The notes under the pieces are model-generated. The model saw only the letters and a list, made by a program, of their open reading frames with translations, made no database searches and was not told where the DNA came from. The translations under genes and the position numbers were made by a program. Of a stretch of 64,000 nucleotides of DNA, positions 10,185-19,995 are shown piece after piece. How positions within the stretch are numbered: the first letter of the stretch is position 1; every line of letters starts with the position of its first letter. Origin of the DNA: Minisyncoccia bacterium (GTDB lineage Bacteria; Patescibacteriota; Minisyncoccia; Phycocordibacterales; UBA9973); contig JBDHUP010000002.1 in NCBI GenBank assembly GCA_039809245.1, positions 11,188-75,187 of the forward strand, read 5' to 3'.

Positions 10185-11978
10185 TTATCCGAAAGTGAAA
10201 GTAAACGCTTTAAGTCCTGATTCAGGAATTTTTATATGAAGTTTATGTTTGCCATATGTATCACCTGATACTATGGTATACAGCTGTTCATTCTTTATAT
10301 TTATTTTTTTAGACAATACGTCGTCTATATAAATTTCAACTTCTATACCTTGTGGTGAACTAGCAACCATATATACATTCTTAGCATCATAGTCGAAATA
10401 TATAGTAGAAGAGTTTTTGTTCTCAGCATATTCAGAAGCAATATTCCAAGTCCCCTCTAAATACAATCTATTAGGAAGTTTAATGATTGGCAACTTAAAC
10501 GATTGATCTCCTGTCGTATATATTTTACCGTTTGAAAGCAATTCGTTTCTAAAAGCACCGAAGTACGTCTCAGGACTATTAACTTTGCCTGGTTCTACAG
10601 AAACCACACCACTTGGGTTAGAAATACCTGTAGTTAATTCTTCTTTCATATCTAATCTTGCAGCTCTCTCTTTTAAAGCTTCTTGAATTCTTTTCTCTGT
10701 TATACCGTAATCCCCTTCTCCAGCATGGTCGTAGACTATGTAGCCATCAATATCGATAAGATATTTACGTGGCCAATACTGATTCTTGTAAGCAGTCCAA
10801 GTTGAGAAATCATTATCCAAAACAACTGGATATTTTATACCAAAATCCTTTACTGCATTCTCTACATTTTTTTGAACTTTCTCAAAAGAAAATTCTGGAG
10901 TATGGAGACCAATAATAACCAAACCTTCATCTTCATAAGTTTTATACCACTGGTTTAGATACGGAAGTGTTCGCTGGCAGTTAATACAACTGTAAGTCCA
11001 GATATCCAGCAGAACAACTTTTTTGCCTTTAAATTCAGATATTGTAATGGGCTTGCCATCAGTATTTATAAACCCATCTGGGGTACTAATATCAGGAGCA
11101 TATGTATACTTTTTAGCCTTTTGAGCAAGAGTTAAATATGTAACCTTGTTATCGGTCTGATTTGTTTGTGGAACATTATTATCATTATTAACAACATCTT
11201 CACTTGTAGATTGTCCATCTGCATTAATACTAGTTTCTTCTTTTTGTTTATCATTTTCTTCTAATAATTTTTGTTCGATTTTAGTTACATCTAAGAATCC
11301 AGAATCTAATATTTTTATTTGGAGCTTTTTATCGGCACCTGTAAGTATGGCAATGGCAACTAATATAAATATGATCCCAAATATTCTCTTAAACCAACCC
11401 CTAGAATCAGAAACTACCCCAATCTTATTCATTATTCTCTGACCTATGAAAGCTATAAATAATAAAGCAAGACATAGACCAAGAACGTATACTAGTAAAT
11501 ATATTATTCCTAATATTGGAGTGGCTGGAAGGACTGTAGCAAGTATTACAAAGTATGTAGGGCTACAAGCAGAAAATATAGGGCCTAGGCTTGCTCCTAT
11601 AATTAGATCTCCCCAGAAATTATTCTTCTGATAACCTTTTGATAATACTTCGTTTGATTTACGACTGATTAGATTTGTAAATGAAAATCTTTCCCAAATA
11701 CCAGGGAAAACCATAATGAGTCCAAAGAATAATATTATTCCTCCTGATATCCATTTCCAGAAATCCTGTGGTATATCTATAAACAAAGTACTAACCTTAA
11801 GTAAGAAAGTGAAAATTATTATTGATCCGCCGAGAGAAAGTATAATGGTGAACAATCTTTTCTTACTGACGGTAGGATCAGATATAGAGTGGCCTATAAT
11901 TACTGGTAAAAGTGGTAGTATGCATGGAGCAAGCACTGTCAGAACTCCAGCTATAAATGAAATAAATAAGAATAACAT
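10185..11978 (-). CDS. CcdA/DsbD-like membrane thiol-disulfide transporter fused to a TlpA-like thioredoxin domain plus a C-terminal beta-rich domain
   Basis: TM-embedded Cys pairs (LAPCILP, FSACSPT), thioredoxin CxxC (WTYSCINCQ). Confidence 0.7.
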   Translation of the reverse strand: MLFLFISFIAGVLTVLAPCILPLLPVIIGHSISDPTVSKKRLFTIILSLGGSIIIFTFLLKVSTLFIDIPQDFWKWISGGIILFFGLIMVFPGIWERFSFTNLISRKSNEVLSKGYQKNNFWGDLIIGASLGPIFSACSPTYFVILATVLPATPILGIIYLLVYVLGLCLALLFIAFIGQRIMNKIGVVSDSRGWFKRIFGIIFILVAIAILTGADKKLQIKILDSGFLDVTKIEQKLLEENDKQKEETSINADGQSTSEDVVNNDNNVPQTNQTDNKVTYLTLAQKAKKYTYAPDISTPDGFINTDGKPITISEFKGKKVVLLDIWTYSCINCQRTLPYLNQWYKTYEDEGLVIIGLHTPEFSFEKVQKNVENAVKDFGIKYPVVLDNDFSTWTAYKNQYWPRKYLIDIDGYIVYDHAGEGDYGITEKRIQEALKERAARLDMKEELTTGISNPSGVVSVEPGKVNSPETYFGAFRNELLSNGKIYTTGDQSFKLPIIKLPNRLYLEGTWNIASEYAENKNSSTIYFDYDAKNVYMVASSPQGIEVEIYIDDVLSKKINIKNEQLYTIVSGDTYGKHKLHIKIPESGLKAFTFTFG

Positions 11979-12047
11979 TACTTTAGTATATAAAATAACA
12001 AATCCTATGTAAAGTTGGCTTTACATAGGATTTGTGGATAACTAAGA

Positions 12048-12410
12048 CTATAGGTTCCTATCACTCCAAAAACGAGATACCATTTTCACAATAATCATTG
12101 TGATAAGAGTTAAGACAAGCCAAGGATCTACAGAATGAGAATACCCCTGGATAATTATACCGAGCATTAGGATGGCAGAACCACCTAGAAAGGCATTCCT
12201 TCCAGCTAAAGTTCTATGTACATTGTCCCTCTCATCGAGAGCTTTTTCTCTTAAAACAAAACTTGCAAATATAGCAAATAATACAAGTGCGCACGCAAGC
12301 ATTCCCATAACCATCATATCAGGCATCCAGAAGTGGAAAGGATTCAATAGTAAAATGGCTACTATTATAAGACACAGAGTGATAATTGTTTCTTTTATAT
12401 TATTTTTCAT
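12048..12410 (-). CDS. Small membrane protein, overlapping partner of the XRE regulator
   Basis: 120 aa, 3-4 TM; overlaps the upstream HTH gene by 11 bp. Confidence 0.4.
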   Translation of the reverse strand: MKNNIKETIITLCLIIVAILLLNPFHFWMPDMMVMGMLACALVLFAIFASFVLREKALDERDNVHRTLAGRNAFLGGSAILMLGIIIQGYSHSVDPWLVLTLITMIIVKMVSRFWSDRNL

Positions 12411-12612
12411 ATGATATTTTAAATATTTTCTCTACTGGAACTTTGAAGAAATTACTAATCTTTAGAGCAAGTAATATAGAAGGGGTATAGTTCCCTTTTT
12501 CCATAGCAATAATAGTTTGACGACTAACATCAACTTTCTTTGCTAAATCTTCTTGGGTAACCCCCATATCAGATCTTAATTTACTTACTTCATTTTTAAT
12601 AACTTCTTTCAT
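12400..12612 (-). CDS. XRE-family helix-turn-helix transcriptional regulator
   Basis: 70 aa; GVTQEDLAKKVDVSRQTIIAMEKG is a classic HTH_3. Confidence 0.8.
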   Translation of the reverse strand: MKEVIKNEVSKLRSDMGVTQEDLAKKVDVSRQTIIAMEKGNYTPSILLALKISNFFKVPVEKIFKISYEK

Positions 12613-12640
12613 AAATTTTACCTTTTAATTATACATAATA

Positions 12641-12676
12641 AAAATACATTGTAAAGATAACTTTACAATGTATTTT
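12641..12676 (-). terminator. Perfect hairpin with 16-bp arms (aaaatacattgtaaag / ctttacaatgtatttt) and T-runs on both strands; terminator of tRNA-His and possibly operator of the XRE gene
   Basis: Seen in sequence. Confidence 0.55.
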
Positions 12677-12678
12677 TA

Positions 12679-12754
12679 TGGGGTGCCTACTGGGATTTGA
12701 ACCCAGACTGAGAGTTCCACAAACTCTAGTGCTAACCATTACACTATAGGCACC
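12679..12754 (-). tRNA. tRNA-His (anticodon GTG) with encoded G-1, C73 discriminator and CCA
   Basis: Manual cloverleaf: G-1 + GTGCCTA acceptor, anticodon loop TTGTGGA, T-loop TTCAAAT. Confidence 0.85.
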
Positions 12755-12822
12755 ATATTACAGCCCCGCCTAAGGCGGGGCGATTACACTGTTATACCAG
12801 AAAACTGCTTATTAATCCAGGC

Positions 12823-13242
12823 CTAATACAATTCTAAGTGTATATATGATAATACAAAAATAAGAATTGATATGAAAGCAGAACAAAGGCACCATACACA
12901 CCACTGTTTAATAACAAAAGCTTGCATAGAAACAAGATATATAGAAAATAAAACAGCCGACATACTGACACCTAGAATTATAAAACCAGTTAGCGGAGAC
13001 CAAAAATTAAAAACAAAAACTATACTATAAATACTACCTATAAAAAAATAGTAAATCATCCCTAGAACTTCAACCGGAATACCTAGGATTTTAGAATAAT
13101 CAGAATGTATAACCGTATCGCAATTTGATCTTCTAGGGCAAACAAGCTTCTTTTTTGCTTTCTTTTTTCCATAGATATACGTAGCTATGAAAAACCCTAT
13201 AAGTCCTAACAATACTATGACATTGATAATTATTGTGTGCAT
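12823..13242 (-). CDS. VKOR-family (vitamin K epoxide reductase-like) thiol oxidoreductase
   Basis: 139 aa, 4 TM; loop cysteines CPRRSNC and membrane CxxC (WCVWC). Confidence 0.6.
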   Translation of the reverse strand: MHTIIINVIVLLGLIGFFIATYIYGKKKAKKKLVCPRRSNCDTVIHSDYSKILGIPVEVLGMIYYFFIGSIYSIVFVFNFWSPLTGFIILGVSMSAVLFSIYLVSMQAFVIKQWCVWCLCSAFISILIFVLSYIHLELY

Positions 13243-13243
13243 A

Positions 13244-15364
13244 TTATTTACAAATTGTATTGGTAAGTGGTTCAGTAAGTATCATAGAAACTCCAGTATT
13301 ATCGATACAGTATGTTGACGTTGGTGAACTTGCAAGTGGAACAGCGACCGCCCACGTATTTAATGTTGAGAAACATTGTCCTTTGTCTCCTGTTATATCA
13401 AGTATTTCATTCATTATTCCTGCTATTGTCCCAACTGAATTTGCAGCACCTTTAGTATGTCCAACTGGGGAGAATAGTGATCCAGAGCTTGGTTCAGTAC
13501 AGCTTCCTCCTAGGTTTGCATGTTTACCATAAGACCCTATTGCATTACGCAAAATCAATGACGCATCCTTAAATGAAGCTAGTGTATCTTTTAATTTTTG
13601 ATCAGAGATTAGATTAATAAAATCTGGTAATGGGGTTACTTTTTTAGGTATAGTTATATCGTTAATTACATCAAAGTCATAGAGTGTGGTCTGCCAATCA
13701 AGTGTGACTATATTGCCAGCTATGCCAGAATCATCTAAGCTTATAACTTTTGAAAGTGGAATATTAATAGAGAATTTATATTGATGGATAAGTGAATCAT
13801 TCTTCCCTACCCACACATCAAATGAATTCAGGGTTGTAGAACCAAGAGCTTCGCTTACACCTTGTTTATTTGAATCAGAGAAACTAGAAATAACTGGGTC
13901 AGCAAATGAATTGAGTAATTTCTTTGTCTCTGTCCTATCAGCTGTTATTTGATAATGGTACATAGCTTGACCTTTTATATTCTCTGGATCTTTTTCTATA
14001 ACATTTACGCTATTGATAAAAGTCTCAAGCGAACTCCCCATATTATTAATTAAAATATTTGGTACTCCATCAGACAGTATATTATACGTATCGGCTTTTC
14101 TTACTTGATCTGCCCAATTTTTTGGCAAGAAAGTTAGTAGTAGCTCTGTTTGATTACTATCAACAGAAACTATCCCAGTAGGAAGAGCTTTCTCACCTAA
14201 AAGACCCTTCATATCTGGGGCTTCTATATACATTGTTGAACCATCATATTTGATATTGGAATTTATATCATTTTTAAGAAGTGAACTTTTTATATTTAGA
14301 GAATAACTAGATAGAGATGGTAGTGGGCTATTTTTGTAATTCTGATTTAAACCTTTTATGTTTAATGAAAATGTGTCCTTGTTGTTAGAAGCTACTGGAT
14401 CTCCACTTGTAAGACCATTCGTTATGTTTGCAAAAGAAGGTAGTGAAACTATTATATGTGTTTCTGATTTATATGATTGAAGATCTGCTAGTGTTGCAGC
14501 TGTACCAAGAAGTAAAACTTTTGGATCTTTCTTAATAAAAGAAAAAGATGGGGTTTTAATATATCCAGAAATCATAGCAAAAGAAATTCCCCCTATAATA
14601 AGTAGGATGAGAATAAAAACTAGTAGAAGTTTTCTACTTTTTTGTTTCTTCTTCGGAGCAACTTCTACTTGTTTACTGCTTGAAGCAGCAATATCTCTTG
14701 AAAGAGTTGTTAAAAGAGCTCCTTCTGGTATATTTTTAACAATCGAATCTACTGTTGGTTGTGTACTTGTAGCTGGGGGTCTAGGAATAAATGAAGGGGG
14801 GACTTTAGGTATTAGTTTTGGGATAGATTCCTCTTTCTCTATAGGTATTGGCTTTATTTCTGGAGAATTTTTAGGAATGAAAGAACTATGTCTAATGTCA
14901 GACATCGGAGTGATAACGGGTTTAAACTCTTCTTTTTTTACTGGTTTTACTTCTGGTTTTGCTTCTATTTTTGGAATTTCGTAAGAATTAATAGGACTTA
15001 TTGCTACCTCTTCTTTTATAGGATCTGTAGCTATAGAAACAATAGGTGCCTTTGGTTTTATAGGTATGATAGGTGCATTTACAACAACAGAATTACTAAT
15101 TTCAGGTACTTCACGGTATTTATCGAAATTACTTGTCGATGTTTTAATTTCAGGAGGAATTTCTATTGCAACAGGAGCCTTATTAACTATAGTTTGAGGA
15201 GGAGTATACTTTGGAGTAATTTTAGGAGGATTTATTTTCTCGAAACCTAGAGCAATATCATCAGCATGCCATCCAGCCTTTTGTAGTCGTGATGAAATTT
15301 CATCATGACTACGATTTTTTCTAATTTGAGATTGAATAAAAGTAATGAGCTCCTCATTTATCAT
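13244..15364 (-). CDS. Single-TM anchored protein with proline-rich PxIK repeat linker and a large extracytoplasmic domain
   Basis: 706 aa; N-terminal cytoplasmic helix domain, one TM, low-complexity P/K/E/I linker, C-terminal Cys-containing domain. Confidence 0.45.
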   Translation of the reverse strand: MINEELITFIQSQIRKNRSHDEISSRLQKAGWHADDIALGFEKINPPKITPKYTPPQTIVNKAPVAIEIPPEIKTSTSNFDKYREVPEISNSVVVNAPIIPIKPKAPIVSIATDPIKEEVAISPINSYEIPKIEAKPEVKPVKKEEFKPVITPMSDIRHSSFIPKNSPEIKPIPIEKEESIPKLIPKVPPSFIPRPPATSTQPTVDSIVKNIPEGALLTTLSRDIAASSSKQVEVAPKKKQKSRKLLLVFILILLIIGGISFAMISGYIKTPSFSFIKKDPKVLLLGTAATLADLQSYKSETHIIVSLPSFANITNGLTSGDPVASNNKDTFSLNIKGLNQNYKNSPLPSLSSYSLNIKSSLLKNDINSNIKYDGSTMYIEAPDMKGLLGEKALPTGIVSVDSNQTELLLTFLPKNWADQVRKADTYNILSDGVPNILINNMGSSLETFINSVNVIEKDPENIKGQAMYHYQITADRTETKKLLNSFADPVISSFSDSNKQGVSEALGSTTLNSFDVWVGKNDSLIHQYKFSINIPLSKVISLDDSGIAGNIVTLDWQTTLYDFDVINDITIPKKVTPLPDFINLISDQKLKDTLASFKDASLILRNAIGSYGKHANLGGSCTEPSSGSLFSPVGHTKGAANSVGTIAGIMNEILDITGDKGQCFSTLNTWAVAVPLASSPTSTYCIDNTGVSMILTEPLTNTICK

Positions 15365-15389
15365 ATACTATATAGTATATCATTTAGAG

Positions 15390-15959
15390 TTAAAATTCAT
15401 AGACATATATATGTCTTGCGAGTTTATACTTTCCCCTATTTAGATCGATAGCTAGCTTTGGTTGTTTCTGTGTAAATTTAAATGATACAGAAACCAATTT
15501 TGTTCCAGGTTTTAACTCACGATCAAATTTAGTGATTAGATCATCCATGACATTTGGGTATAGGTAAGTAAATACATGCGTTGCATCCGATAGATCTCTT
15601 TCAAAAAAATTCTGATTTATTATTTCTATTTTTGTTCCTGTTGTTTTTGTGTGCCACCAACCTCTAAATCGAGCAAGTAGTAATGGAAATAGACTATTTT
15701 CAATGCCTATATATTTTGCTTTTGGTGATAACTTAGAGCAATAAAATAATACTCTACCTTCTCCACAACCTAAATCGTAAACAGTACTGCCGTCTTTAAT
15801 TTCAAGTGCTTTGTAAATATCTCCTAATATATTATTAGATACTGGAATGAACGGTACCTTTGCTCGAATTCCTGACCACATCCAAATTAGCAATAAAACA
15901 AATATTCCGAAGAATATGATAACTAAAATCCATTGAAGAATAGAGAATAGTAATATCAT
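15390..15959 (-). CDS. Membrane-anchored class I SAM-dependent methyltransferase
   Basis: VYDLGCGEGRV motif I; 4-bp overlap with msrA. Confidence 0.55.
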   Translation of the reverse strand: MILLFSILQWILVIIFFGIFVLLLIWMWSGIRAKVPFIPVSNNILGDIYKALEIKDGSTVYDLGCGEGRVLFYCSKLSPKAKYIGIENSLFPLLLARFRGWWHTKTTGTKIEIINQNFFERDLSDATHVFTYLYPNVMDDLITKFDRELKPGTKLVSVSFKFTQKQPKLAIDLNRGKYKLARHIYVYEF

Positions 15960-16498
15960 ATATTATCTTTCCAATTTATATGTTTTTCTTCACGAATAGC
16001 ACAAGTACGATTTACAAAATCCTCACGACCCGAACCCTTTCTATATGAAGCATAGTGATCAGGATTTTTCATAGCATAATTCTGGTGATATTCTTCTGCT
16101 TTATAAAATGGCTTTGCTTCGAGCACTTCAACTGCATGAGGTTTATTGTACACATGGCTCTCATCTAATTCTTTGAGTAAGCTACTAGCAATATTCTTCT
16201 CTTCTTCATTTGAGAAATATATTGCTGTTTTATAAGACTCTCCCCTGTCTCCAAATTGTCCTCCTTCATCAGTAGGATCTATGTGGTCAAGGAAAAATTG
16301 AACCAACTTTCTAAAGGAAGTTTTAGTAGGATCATATTCGACTTCGACAGCTTCTCTGTGACCTTTGTGATTATGATAGTCTGGGTTTGTTGAATCCCCT
16401 CCGGTATATCCTGAAACAACATTTACAACCCCTTCGGCTTCGTGAAGATCATGCTCAACACACCAAAAGCATCCACCTGCAAATATAACTTTATTCAT
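15956..16498 (-). CDS. msrA: Peptide methionine sulfoxide reductase MsrA
   Basis: GGCFWC active site. The ORF-track N-terminal extension to 16591 overlaps tRNA-Leu; the internal ATG (MNKVIFAGGCFWC) is the likely start. Confidence 0.85.
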   Translation of the reverse strand: MNKVIFAGGCFWCVEHDLHEAEGVVNVVSGYTGGDSTNPDYHNHKGHREAVEVEYDPTKTSFRKLVQFFLDHIDPTDEGGQFGDRGESYKTAIYFSNEEEKNIASSLLKELDESHVYNKPHAVEVLEAKPFYKAEEYHQNYAMKNPDHYASYRKGSGREDFVNRTCAIREEKHINWKDNI

Positions 16499-16513
16499 AT
16501 AAATATTATACAG

Positions 16514-16537
16514 AAAACACAGACAATTGTCTGTGTT
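16514..16537 (-). terminator. Hairpin acacagacaattgtctgtgt between tRNA-Leu and the msrA start
   Basis: Palindrome seen in sequence. Confidence 0.4.
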
Positions 16538-16544
16538 TTTGTTG

Positions 16545-16628
16545 TGCACGGGAGAAGATTTGAACTTCCACAGGGTTGCCCCCGCTACCACCTCAAGGTA
16601 GTGCGTCTACCAGTTTCGCCACCCGTGC
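16545..16628 (-). tRNA. tRNA-Leu (anticodon GAG) with long variable arm
   Basis: Manual fold: acceptor GCACGGG/CCCGTGC, anticodon loop TTGAGGT, long extra arm. Confidence 0.85.
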
Positions 16629-16674
16629 ATATACGAACCCCCCGAGTATAACCAATTACTAGTCTTTTTTCAAC

Positions 16675-16700
16675 AAAAATCCCGCACTAGGCGGGATTTT
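16675..16700 (-). terminator. Hairpin atcccgcactaggcgggat plus T-run; terminator of rplS
   Basis: Seen in sequence. Confidence 0.6.
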
Positions 16701-16703
16701 CTA

Positions 16704-17108
16704 TTATTCATTTGTAGATGATTCTTCTGAATCTTCTTTAGAAAGAGTAACACTTTTAAGGCGTTTCTTAACTTCCTTAACTGCTTTGGTACGTATATAG
16801 TAAAGTTTACTCTTGCGAGTCTTTGATTTACGTAGAACTTCTATTTTGTCTATATTTGGAGAATATAGAGGGAAAATACGCTCAACTCCTACACCTGAAG
16901 CAACTTTTCGAACAGTAAATGTCGCTCCACTTTCAGCCCCGTGCTTGCGAGATAATACAAGCCCTTCAAATGCCTGAAGGCGAGTCTTTCCTTTTTCTTG
17001 AATTTTGTTCCATACACGAACACTATCACCAGCTTTGAAATCAAGCTTTTTACGGCTTGCCATATCTACTGTTGTGAACTGTACTTTAGTTAAATCCGCT
17101 GTTGTCAT
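16704..17108 (-). CDS. rplS: 50S ribosomal protein L19
   Basis: Strongly conserved L19 sequence; likely start at the internal MTTADL. Confidence 0.9.
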   Translation of the reverse strand: MTTADLTKVQFTTVDMASRKKLDFKAGDSVRVWNKIQEKGKTRLQAFEGLVLSRKHGAESGATFTVRKVASGVGVERIFPLYSPNIDKIEVLRKSKTRKSKLYYIRTKAVKEVKKRLKSVTLSKEDSEESSTNE

Positions 17109-17158
17109 AGGGCCTACTTTATCATATATGCTTATTTTAAGCAAGAAATTCAGCCTCT

Positions 17159-17944
17159 TTATTTAAGATAAGTTTTTATGACCTTTTTGAAGTCTGATGG
17201 GAGTGGAGATTCAACAGTTTTAAGCTCACCGCTAGGTAAACGAAAAGTTACAGAACAAGCATGAAGAGCAAGTCTTTTCATTCCCAAAGCAAGATCTTTT
17301 GCTCCACGATAAAGTGGATCAGAAACTACTGGGTGGTTTATATATCGCATATGAACACGTATCTGATGAGTGCGCCCTGTCTTAGGGTAAACTTCTACAT
17401 ATGAAAATTGATGCTCGACTCCTGGTTTTGGTTTCTTAATATCTGAAAATCTATCGAGAACTATATAATTAGTTATCGCTTCACGAAGTGGTGGTCGAGC
17501 GCCACGTCCTGCAGTCCACATTCTTATATCTTTCGGACTGCGACCAATAGGGACATTTATGACTCCCTTTTTACCTGTTGCTAGTGAAGCTTTCGGATCT
17601 GAGACAAATCCATAAACAAAAGCTCGGTAAACTTTTTCAATCGTATGGTTCTGGAATTGGTCTTTTAAGAATTCAAATGTTTTTTGATTCTTTGCAACTA
17701 TTAAAACTCCTGAAGTCTCTTTATCTAGACGGTGGACTATTCCAGGACGACTAATTTTGACTTGCTTACCAGCATGTTCAACAGTCATAGGTTCACCTAC
17801 ATTTTTTAATTTTGGGTAGTTTTCTAAAATAAAATCAGAAACTGTCTTTTCAGTTGTTGTTCGAGCGTCTGGATGTACTGCAACTCCAGCTGGCTTATCT
17901 AGAACAAGCAGATTTTTATCTTCAAAAAGGATTTTAACTTTCAT
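17159..17944 (-). CDS. RluA-family pseudouridine synthase
   Basis: [16 protein letters not shown] catalytic motif. Confidence 0.85.
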   Translation of the reverse strand: MKVKILFEDKNLLVLDKPAGVAVHPDARTTTEKTVSDFILENYPKLKNVGEPMTVEHAGKQVKISRPGIVHRLDKETSGVLIVAKNQKTFEFLKDQFQNHTIEKVYRAFVYGFVSDPKASLATGKKGVINVPIGRSPKDIRMWTAGRGARPPLREAITNYIVLDRFSDIKKPKPGVEHQFSYVEVYPKTGRTHQIRVHMRYINHPVVSDPLYRGAKDLALGMKRLALHACSVTFRLPSGELKTVESPLPSDFKKVIKTYLK

Positions 17945-18001
17945 AGCACTATAGTAGCACGGGATTGAAATATACCGAAAATATGCTAATATTCGAGTTA
18001 T

Positions 18002-18074
18002 GCGCGATTAGCTCAGTTGGTAGAGCAATCCGTTTACACCGGAAAGGTCGCAAGTTCGAGTCTTGCATCGCGCA
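18002..18074 (+). tRNA. tRNA-Val (anticodon TAC)
   Basis: Manual cloverleaf; anticodon loop TTTACAC. Confidence 0.85.
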
Positions 18075-18085
18075 CATAATAAAAA

Positions 18086-18117
18086 GCCCTTAATCAAGTT
18101 TCATCTCGATTAAGGGC
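18086..18117. terminator. Bidirectional hairpin gcccttaatc...gattaagggc with A-run and T-run flanks
   Basis: Seen in sequence; between tRNA-Val (+) and a minus-strand lipoprotein gene. Confidence 0.6.
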
Positions 18118-18127
18118 TTTTTTGTTT

Positions 18128-18847
18128 TTAATTATTTCTCTCTTCTTCTTCGTCGGGTTTGTTTTTGTCACCGACAATTTTGGCTGGATTTAAAACATCC
18201 GGCGATGTACTTGCAAATGGTGAAACAACATCAAAACCTTTCTTGTTTGTTTTTTGCTTAGTTTCAAGCGAAAACATCCATTGAAGTTTATTATCTAATG
18301 TTATCCTTGAAAGTAAGACTCCATCAACTGTTTGCGAGGCATTATTATTTGATTGGTACCAAGTCATTGGTCCATACAATAGTGATGCATCAGGGTCGTC
18401 ATTTTTATCCTTGCGGTAGTACCATATGTACATTTCACGGCCGGTTTGTTTGATGATGTATTTTACTTTCAATTTCCATATATTACGTGTATTTTTATAC
18501 CTTACAATACTGTCTACCTGGCCTTCAGTGCCAGAAGGTAAGAAGCCAGACATCATGTCTTTGGTCTTATCTTTTACAGATTGTACACGCCCATCCTGGA
18601 AATCCACAAATACTTTGGTCTGTTGGCTTTCTGCCCTCCATTGAACATCAGCAGTATTGAATAAATGAAGCTTTTTAATAACTGAATCCTGGTAATAACC
18701 AGAACCAAGTATTTCTTTTAAATCTGCTTCTGTCATAATTGTGGGAGTTTGACCAACCTTAGAAGAAACACCTTCATGTCTTGAAGATGAACAACTTGCT
18801 ATGAGGATAGCCACCCCCATAACTAAAAGCATTTTGATTTTTTTCAT
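18128..18847 (-). CDS. Lipoprotein (signal peptide plus lipobox cysteine)
   Basis: N-terminus MKKIKMLLVMGVAILIASCSSS. Confidence 0.5.
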   Translation of the reverse strand: MKKIKMLLVMGVAILIASCSSSRHEGVSSKVGQTPTIMTEADLKEILGSGYYQDSVIKKLHLFNTADVQWRAESQQTKVFVDFQDGRVQSVKDKTKDMMSGFLPSGTEGQVDSIVRYKNTRNIWKLKVKYIIKQTGREMYIWYYRKDKNDDPDASLLYGPMTWYQSNNNASQTVDGVLLSRITLDNKLQWMFSLETKQKTNKKGFDVVSPFASTSPDVLNPAKIVGDKNKPDEEEERNN

Positions 18848-19072
18848 AACTGTGTTTTTAAGTTTTTTAGTTTTTGAGGGGTTGAATTACCCTTCATTTT
18901 GGCCACAAATTTTGCGGACAAGATGAAAGGCAATTCGGTAATCCATATTTCAAATATCTAAGATACGCCAATACCCTAGCATATTTTGAAGTATTTGTCA
19001 ATAAGCACCACCCTTCCATACCCTTTGAAAAATAAGCCTAAAGTGTTATTGTAGGTGTTATAGATAGTAAAT

Positions 19073-19144
19073 GCCCCTGTAGTTCAATGGATAGAACTGC
19101 GGACTTCTAAGCCGTCGATGTAGGTTCGATTCCTGCCAGGGGCA
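19073..19144 (+). tRNA. tRNA-Arg (anticodon TCT)
   Basis: Manual cloverleaf; anticodon loop CTTCTAA. Confidence 0.8.
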
Positions 19145-19465
19145 CTATTGAGAGCTTGAATCTATGGTCACATCTGAGTGACCGCCTAATTCCCTCTCTT
19201 TTAGAGCTTTCTGCTTAAATGAATCTGTTACCTTTTTAAGGAGATCTTCTTTTAAGAGCCCTGGCTTTTCTGTGTTGGTTGGATCCACTTGGAATATTTG
19301 CTCATTTTTTATCTGATATAGAAGATATAAACTAAAAACTATAAGTAATAATACTACTACTAGAAATACCCTGGTTAAAATCATCCAGTGTTTGTGTGGA
19401 TTTATTTTCTCAGACGTATGTATAGCACTAGACTTCTTTTTAAATTTTTCTAAAAATTTAATCAT
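19145..19465 (-). CDS. Small single-TM protein, last gene of the pilMNO-like cluster
   Basis: 106 aa ORF. Confidence 0.3.
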   Translation of the reverse strand: MIKFLEKFKKKSSAIHTSEKINPHKHWMILTRVFLVVVLLLIVFSLYLLYQIKNEQIFQVDPTNTEKPGLLKEDLLKKVTDSFKQKALKERELGGHSDVTIDSSSQ

Positions 19466-19466
19466 A

Positions 19467-19994
19467 TTATTTGTTAGAAGTTAAGATATTAAAACTAATA
19501 TTTACTTGCCATAATGATACTTCGGTTTGTGTATCTGGTGCTTTTGTTAATGAAACTCTTTTTATACGAGTTTGATATGGAGAATTTTCAATTAGTTTAA
19601 TAATTCTCATAACATCAGCAAAACTACCATCCGAAGAAAGATCCACAGCTAGAATAGATTTATCATTTTGTAATACTTCAAAATTTTTAACTTTGGTTAC
19701 AACTCCAAAACCAGAACCAAGACCTTCTAAGTATTCTATAAATGTATCTATGTGGTTAGTATCGACAAAGTAGCTATCAATAATCTTTTTTGTATTTTCT
19801 ATTTCTGTAATTTTATTCGCTAGAGCTGAGTTATTCTCCTTATTAATTATTTTCTGGTTAAGAGTAGCTATGACAGCCGATGTATGTTCGTTTTTATTTG
19901 CAATTATTTTGAATATAAATACAAAAGCTCCTACAGATAATAAGACTGTAATTATCGATGAAAAGAATATGATTTTTGTATTGTTTTTACTCAT
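19467..19994 (-). CDS. PilO-like type IV pilus assembly protein
   Basis: N-terminal TM, coiled-coil segment, C-terminal alpha/beta domain; position after PilM/N. Confidence 0.45.
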   Translation of the reverse strand: MSKNNTKIIFFSSIITVLLSVGAFVFIFKIIANKNEHTSAVIATLNQKIINKENNSALANKITEIENTKKIIDSYFVDTNHIDTFIEYLEGLGSGFGVVTKVKNFEVLQNDKSILAVDLSSDGSFADVMRIIKLIENSPYQTRIKRVSLTKAPDTQTEVSLWQVNISFNILTSNK

Positions 19995-19995
19995 A

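Noticed and set aside
12764-12780. Hairpin ccccgcctaaggcgggg downstream of the VKOR gene as terminator
   Set aside because: There is no adjacent U-run on either strand, so it is at best a weak or processing hairpin and is not annotated.
15956-16591. Longer N-terminal extension of MsrA suggested by the ORF track
   Set aside because: The extension overlaps a well-folded tRNA-Leu gene and its hairpin; the internal ATG directly precedes the conserved MsrA core.
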